Shown: positions 59,408 to 64,000 of the stretch, piece after piece | How positions within the stretch are numbered: the stretch's first letter is position 1 | Layout of the letters: each line of letters begins with the position of its first letter | Origin: an uncultured Candidatus Saccharibacteria bacterium | GTDB taxonomy: Bacteria; Patescibacteriota; Minisyncoccia; Phycocordibacterales; CAIZIN01 | Assembly: GCA_964462115.1 (NCBI GenBank) | Contig: CAYWWA010000002.1 | Span: 6,560 to 70,559, forward strand | Length of the DNA stretch: 64,000 bases | Direction: 5' to 3' | Position numbers and translations under genes: made by a program | Notes under the pieces: model-generated | The model's database searches: none | What the model was told of the DNA's origin: nothing | The model's input: only the letters and a program-made list of their open reading frames with translations

Positions 59408-60325
59408 TTATTCACTTTTAGGAATCCCCAACTGGATTAAACCATCACTTTCTTCCAAACATTTTTCAATCGCTTCAGATAATCTTTCCTTAATTCCTTC
59501 TGCCTTGTAGTTGTTGGCCATCTTTTTAATTTCAGAAATATAAAATTCATCCACCAAAACCGCGATATCGTGTTTTTTGTTTTTAGCTAAGTCAATCCGT
59601 TCACGAAGTTTTTGTTCTGCTCCATCAATCAAAACGTCTTCATAGCCTTTGCTCAATAAATCATACAGCAGTTGGTAATATTCACCCTTACGCCCAACCA
59701 CTAGCGGGGCGTAAAGTTTAATTTTTAAATCATTAACTTCCACCCCAAAGACTTTTTTATCAATTTTACTTGTATCAATCTCTCGCACTAATTTAATGAT
59801 GGTTTGTAAAATTTCTTCACGAGATAGTTTTTTAATTTCACGACCACATTCCAAACAGTGTGGTTTACCAATTCGAGCGTATAAAACTCGTAGGTAGTCA
59901 TAAATTTCAGTGATGGTAGCAACAGTCGAACGCGGATTGTTGGAGTGAGTTTTTTGATCAATTGAAATTGCAGGAGATAAACCAGTAATTTCATCAACAT
60001 CTGGTTTTTGCATTTGATGTAAAAAACGACGAGCATAAGAAGATAAACTTTCCATATATCGCCTCTGCCCTTCCGCAAAAATAGTATCGAAAGCCAAAGA
60101 TGATTTTCCTGAACCAGACAAGCCGGTGATAGCTACAATTTTATTTCGTGGCATTTCCACCGTGATATTTTTCAGATTATGAGTCCTGGCTCCTTTCACT
60201 ACGATTTTATCATCTACTTCTCGTCCAGCCACTGTTTTTTTGCTAGATTTTATTTTTTTTTCACTCTCAGCATGAAAAAGCCGACTAGAACCGCTTGCAG
60301 CCTTATCTTGGACTTTCTTTGACAT
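59408..60325 (-). CDS. uvrA: UvrA N-terminal half (Walker A1, first Zn1 ligands, UvrB-binding domain)
   Basis: [65 protein letters not shown]. Confidence 0.95.
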   Translation of the reverse strand: MSKKVQDKAASGSSRLFHAESEKKIKSSKKTVAGREVDDKIVVKGARTHNLKNITVEMPRNKIVAITGLSGSGKSSLAFDTIFAEGQRRYMESLSSYARRFLHQMQKPDVDEITGLSPAISIDQKTHSNNPRSTVATITEIYDYLRVLYARIGKPHCLECGREIKKLSREEILQTIIKLVREIDTSKIDKKVFGVEVNDLKIKLYAPLVVGRKGEYYQLLYDLLSKGYEDVLIDGAEQKLRERIDLAKNKKHDIAVLVDEFYISEIKKMANNYKAEGIKERLSEAIEKCLEESDGLIQLGIPKSE

Positions 60326-60451
60326 AATTCGATAAGTATATCATAAAAAGTGAAAAAACACACTAGAGCTATCTTGGATTGGTTCATAAAAAATATTTTT
60401 TAACAAATAAAATTAGTTGTATTTTTTCCTAAAAAACATTAAAATAAGCTG

Positions 60452-63400
60452 ATGGAAAACAACAATGATAAACCAGTTTTTGTACACCTGCACACTCATT
60501 CTCACTACACACTACTTAACGGTTTACCCAAAGTTCCTGACCTATTGAAAGTAACCCGTAAATATAATATGCCCGCTTTGGCTATTACTGAAAGTGGCAA
60601 CATGTATTCCGCTATTGAATTCTACGAACAAAGTAAAAAAACTAAAGACAAAAAAGGTAACGAACTGGCCCCAGTCAAAGCAATTATTGGGGTGGATTTT
60701 TACCTCTCTCCTCGCACTCGCAAAGATAAAGAAAGTCCGATTGATTTAGAAAAAACTCGCTTGGTATTGTTGGCCAAAAATTTTAATGGCTATCAAAATT
60801 TAATGCGTTTAGTTTCGGCTTCATATCTGGAAGGTTTTTTTGATGGTAAACCCAGAATTGATCGCGAGCTCTTAGAAAAATATCACCAAGATCTTATCGC
60901 TATCATGCCAGATTTTAATGGCGAATTATCTAATATGATTCGCCGTGAAGCTGAAGCAAGTGCTCAAGAAATTTTATCTTTTTATCACCACGTTTTTGCT
61001 GATGATTTTTATCAAGAAATTACTCACCATATTGAAATCGCCGGTCACGAAGAAGGTGTGAAAAAAATAATTGCTTGGAGCCGTCAAAATAAAGTTCAAT
61101 TAGTAGCAGCGCACGATGTCTATTATATCAACTCTGAGGATAAAGCAGCGCGTGATTTAGTGGTAGCAATTGGCAAAAAAAAGAAGCTATCAGAAATGAC
61201 TGATGACGAAGACGCGGATTTTTCCTTTATCTCCCAAGAACAAGCAGCTGAAGCTTTTAAAGATGAGCCTGAAGCTCTATCAAACACCGTTAAGATTGCA
61301 GCGCAATGTAATTTTGAAATTGCATTAGGGGAGTGGAAATTTCCCAACTACATTGTCTCGGACGCGGAAATAGATTTTTCCGATTTAGATCCTGAATTAC
61401 GAAAAATTTCTGATGAACATCTACCCGATTATTGTCGAGATCAAAACAATCCTCTTTACAAACACGATTTAGCTTTACGCAAAATTGCCTACCGAGGAAT
61501 TAAGCTGCGCAATTTGGAAGCAAACCAAGAGGTAATTGATCGCTTAGAATATGAACTTAAAGTCATCCATGACAAAGGTTACCCGCAATATTTCTTAACC
61601 GTGGCAGATTTATTACAGTTCTCTGATGAGCACAATATCTATACCAACATCCGAGGATCAGTGGCTGGTTCACTTACTACTTATTTGACTTATATTACTA
61701 AAGTTAATCCCTTAGAATTTAAACTTCCCTTTGAACGTTTTCTGAACCCCGAGCGTCCGTCAGCTCCCGATATCGATATGGATTATGCCGATAATCGTCG
61801 AGATGATGTGATTGCTTATGCTCGAGGTAAATATGGCGATGATCGAGTGGGACAAATTGGCACCTTTGGCACCATGGCTGCACGTGGAGCAGTTAAAGAT
61901 GTAACTCGAGCTTTAGGCTATAGCTACTCTATAGGTGATCGACTTTCTAAAATGATCCCTATGGGTAAACAAGGAAAAACCGTAGAACTAAAAGATGTGC
62001 TCACCGAAGGTAAAGACAGTTATTCTCCCGAACTGAAAGAGGTTTATGACAGCGATGACAGTGCTAAAACCATTATTGATTTAGCGATGCAAATTGAAGG
62101 TAACGCTCGCCAGGTATCCATGCATGCCGCGGGAGTGGTTATTGCTCCCGGCCCCATTACCGACTATGTACCAATTCAGTTTGACTCTAAAACTGGAGAT
62201 AAAATTATCACTCAATACGAAATGCATGCGGTGGGAGAAGATGGGGTTGGTTTATTAAAGTTTGACTTTTTGGGTATTAAAAATTTATCCATTTTGGCCG
62301 ATGCTGTTAGAAGGATTAAGGAAACCGAAGGGGTGGAAATTGATATTGAAAAAATCCCCTTTGATGATCAAAAAGTTTTTTCTGCTCTTTCTCGTGGTGA
62401 AACTATGGGAGTCTTTCAGCTTGGTGGAGCGGGTATGACTAAATATCTGATGGAACTTAAGCCTACCACCATGTTTGATATTAACGCGATGTTGGCACTT
62501 TATCGTCCAGGGCCAATTGATGAAATTCCAACTTACATTGATGTTAAACATCATCCAGAAAAAATAAAATATATGGATCCCAGAATGGCTGAATATTTAG
62601 ACCAGAGTTACGGACTATTAGTTTATCAGGATGATGTGATGATGACCGCAATCAAACTGGCTGGTTATTCTTGGTTGGAAGCGGACAAATTCCGTAAGGC
62701 CATGGGTAAAAAAATCCCCGAACTGATGGCCGAGCAAGAAATCAAAATCCGCAAAGGTATGAAAGAATTCGGCCATTTAGATGAAAAATTGATTGATACC
62801 ATTTGGCAAAAAATGTTGCCGTTTGCCTCGTATGGATTCAACAAGGCTCACGCCGCTTCTTATGGTCACCTATCATACCAAACCGCTTATCTCAAAACCC
62901 ATTACCCCGCCTGCTATATGTCGGCAGTAATGACGGCTGACGCCGGAGACGTAGAAAAAATTGGTGCCTTCGTGACCGAGTGTAAAAACATTGGAGTAGA
63001 AATTCTTCCTCCCGATGTTAACGAAAGTATGAAAGAGTTTGCGGTTATCAAGGAAAATACAGCCGATAAGGCTTCACGGAAGGAGGTTATCCGTTTTGGT
63101 CTATTGACTATTAAAATGTTCGGTTCCCATATCTCCGATGTGATTATTGAAGAACGAAACAGAAATGGAAAATTCCTGTCTTTGGAAGATTTTTTAACTC
63201 GGATTACCGACAAAGATTTAAATAAAAAAAGTTTGGAAAGTTTAATTAAATGTGGAGCTTTAGATAAATTAGGTGAACGAGGAGAAATGTTGGGTAATGT
63301 AGAATATCTGTGTGAATTCCAACGCCAATTCATCAACAAACCAGAAGGACAGGCTGACTTGTTTGGCGATAGCGATGTTAAAGTCTCATCGTTGAAACTC

Positions 63401-63829
63401 AAAACAATGCGCGAGGCTTCTAAAGATGAAATGTTGATGTGGGAAAAAGAGTTGTTGGGTTTATATATTTCTGGACACCCAATTGATAAATATGAAGAAG
63501 CTTTGTCTCGTCGAGGAGCTACTTTAAAGCAAATCAAACAAACTGCTCGCAACGAACAAACCGTAGTAGCAACCGGCTTAGTTGAATCAATTAGAGAAAT
63601 AAGCACCAAAAAGGGTGATAAAATGGCTTTTGTGCTGATGAGAGATCAGAACGAAGAATTGGAGGTAGTATTTTTTCCTAAAGCTTATCAAAAATTTAAA
63701 AACATTTTAGCAAGCAACATTTGCTTATCGGTCAAGGGCAAATTTAACCAACGAGAAGATTTGGGTGATGTTAAATTTTCAGTTTTGGTGGATGAAGCAA
63801 AAATAATTGATAATAGTAGTGTAAAATAA
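60452..63829 (+). CDS. dnaE: DNA polymerase III alpha subunit
   Basis: HLHTHS PHP domain, RGS.AGSL, FERFLNPER..PDIDMD, LLKFDFLG, YGFNKAHA, C-terminal OB fold; uninterrupted. Confidence 0.98.
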   Translation: MENNNDKPVFVHLHTHSHYTLLNGLPKVPDLLKVTRKYNMPALAITESGNMYSAIEFYEQSKKTKDKKGNELAPVKAIIGVDFYLSPRTRKDKESPIDLEKTRLVLLAKNFNGYQNLMRLVSASYLEGFFDGKPRIDRELLEKYHQDLIAIMPDFNGELSNMIRREAEASAQEILSFYHHVFADDFYQEITHHIEIAGHEEGVKKIIAWSRQNKVQLVAAHDVYYINSEDKAARDLVVAIGKKKKLSEMTDDEDADFSFISQEQAAEAFKDEPEALSNTVKIAAQCNFEIALGEWKFPNYIVSDAEIDFSDLDPELRKISDEHLPDYCRDQNNPLYKHDLALRKIAYRGIKLRNLEANQEVIDRLEYELKVIHDKGYPQYFLTVADLLQFSDEHNIYTNIRGSVAGSLTTYLTYITKVNPLEFKLPFERFLNPERPSAPDIDMDYADNRRDDVIAYARGKYGDDRVGQIGTFGTMAARGAVKDVTRALGYSYSIGDRLSKMIPMGKQGKTVELKDVLTEGKDSYSPELKEVYDSDDSAKTIIDLAMQIEGNARQVSMHAAGVVIAPGPITDYVPIQFDSKTGDKIITQYEMHAVGEDGVGLLKFDFLGIKNLSILADAVRRIKETEGVEIDIEKIPFDDQKVFSALSRGETMGVFQLGGAGMTKYLMELKPTTMFDINAMLALYRPGPIDEIPTYIDVKHHPEKIKYMDPRMAEYLDQSYGLLVYQDDVMMTAIKLAGYSWLEADKFRKAMGKKIPELMAEQEIKIRKGMKEFGHLDEKLIDTIWQKMLPFASYGFNKAHAASYGHLSYQTAYLKTHYPACYMSAVMTADAGDVEKIGAFVTECKNIGVEILPPDVNESMKEFAVIKENTADKASRKEVIRFGLLTIKMFGSHISDVIIEERNRNGKFLSLEDFLTRITDKDLNKKSLESLIKCGALDKLGERGEMLGNVEYLCEFQRQFINKPEGQADLFGDSDVKVSSLKLKTMREASKDEMLMWEKELLGLYISGHPIDKYEEALSRRGATLKQIKQTARNEQTVVATGLVESIREISTKKGDKMAFVLMRDQNEELEVVFFPKAYQKFKNILASNICLSVKGKFNQREDLGDVKFSVLVDEAKIIDNSSVK

Positions 63830-63865
63830 AAAAACACCGGTCAGATAGATCGGTGCGAGAAGAAT

Positions 63866-64000
63866 TCAGGCTTGTTTACTTTTTGCGTGCCAATACCCCG
63901 CCATCTTCAAAGCGAGATAGGCAGGAATTATACAAACCAGAGATACAACCAAGTGAACGTGTTTCTGGTTGACGCACAAAAAAACTAGGTTAAGCAATGC
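63866..64000 (-). CDS. 3' end of a hypothetical membrane protein (runs off the window end)
   Basis: Open hydrophobic frame ...ALLNLVFLCVNQKHVHLVVSLVCIIPAYLALKMAGYWHAKSKQA*, convergent with dnaE across a hairpin. Confidence 0.5.
   Translation of the reverse strand, partial: ALLNLVFLCVNQKHVHLVVSLVCIIPAYLALKMAGYWHAKSKQA

Noticed and set aside
62914-63609. Long antisense ORFs (here, 17945-18589, 41936-42367, 22379-22819 and others)
   Set aside because: Shadows of conserved genes on the opposite strand, with no motifs or expression signals.
1-64000. CRISPR array, transposase, integrase, prophage, reverse transcriptase or rRNA
   Set aside because: No repeat-spacer periodicity or recognisable motifs were seen on either strand.

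Overview
AT-rich (low-GC) bacterial chromosome segment with the hallmarks of a Patescibacteria/CPR (Parcubacteria-like) genome: rpmD/uL30 missing between rpsE and rplO, Lys-rich N-terminal extension on RpoD, alpha2-type GlyRS, UvrA lacking the insertion domain, and many Cys-rich secreted proteins. It holds about 55 CDSs (mostly scattered housekeeping genes), 4 tRNAs and an L10 leader. The most striking feature is a set of conserved genes cut into separately expressed pieces. A UvrD/AddA-like helicase-nuclease has its C-half at 7.5 kb and N-half at 28.2 kb (reversed order). UvrA has its N-half at 59.4-60.3 kb and C-half at 48.0-49.8 kb. LepA is present as the G domain only. Each piece is an intact ORF with its own promoter, and there is no intein or intron signal at the breaks. 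The likely enabler is pervasive leaderless transcription: a -10 hexamer, usually with an extended TG, sits 6-7 nt before the ATG of many genes. Gene orientation flips at about 37 kb, exactly at a symmetric 28-bp dif-like site, which suggests the replication terminus. Other oddities are a 175-bp structured element duplicating the tRNA-fMet 3' end, a 26-bp exact inverted copy of the rplJ promoter, orphan promoters driving tiny hairpin RNAs, and a very basic 35-aa peptide with perfect expression signals. All calls are by eye from the sequence and recalled family motifs; no searches were run.
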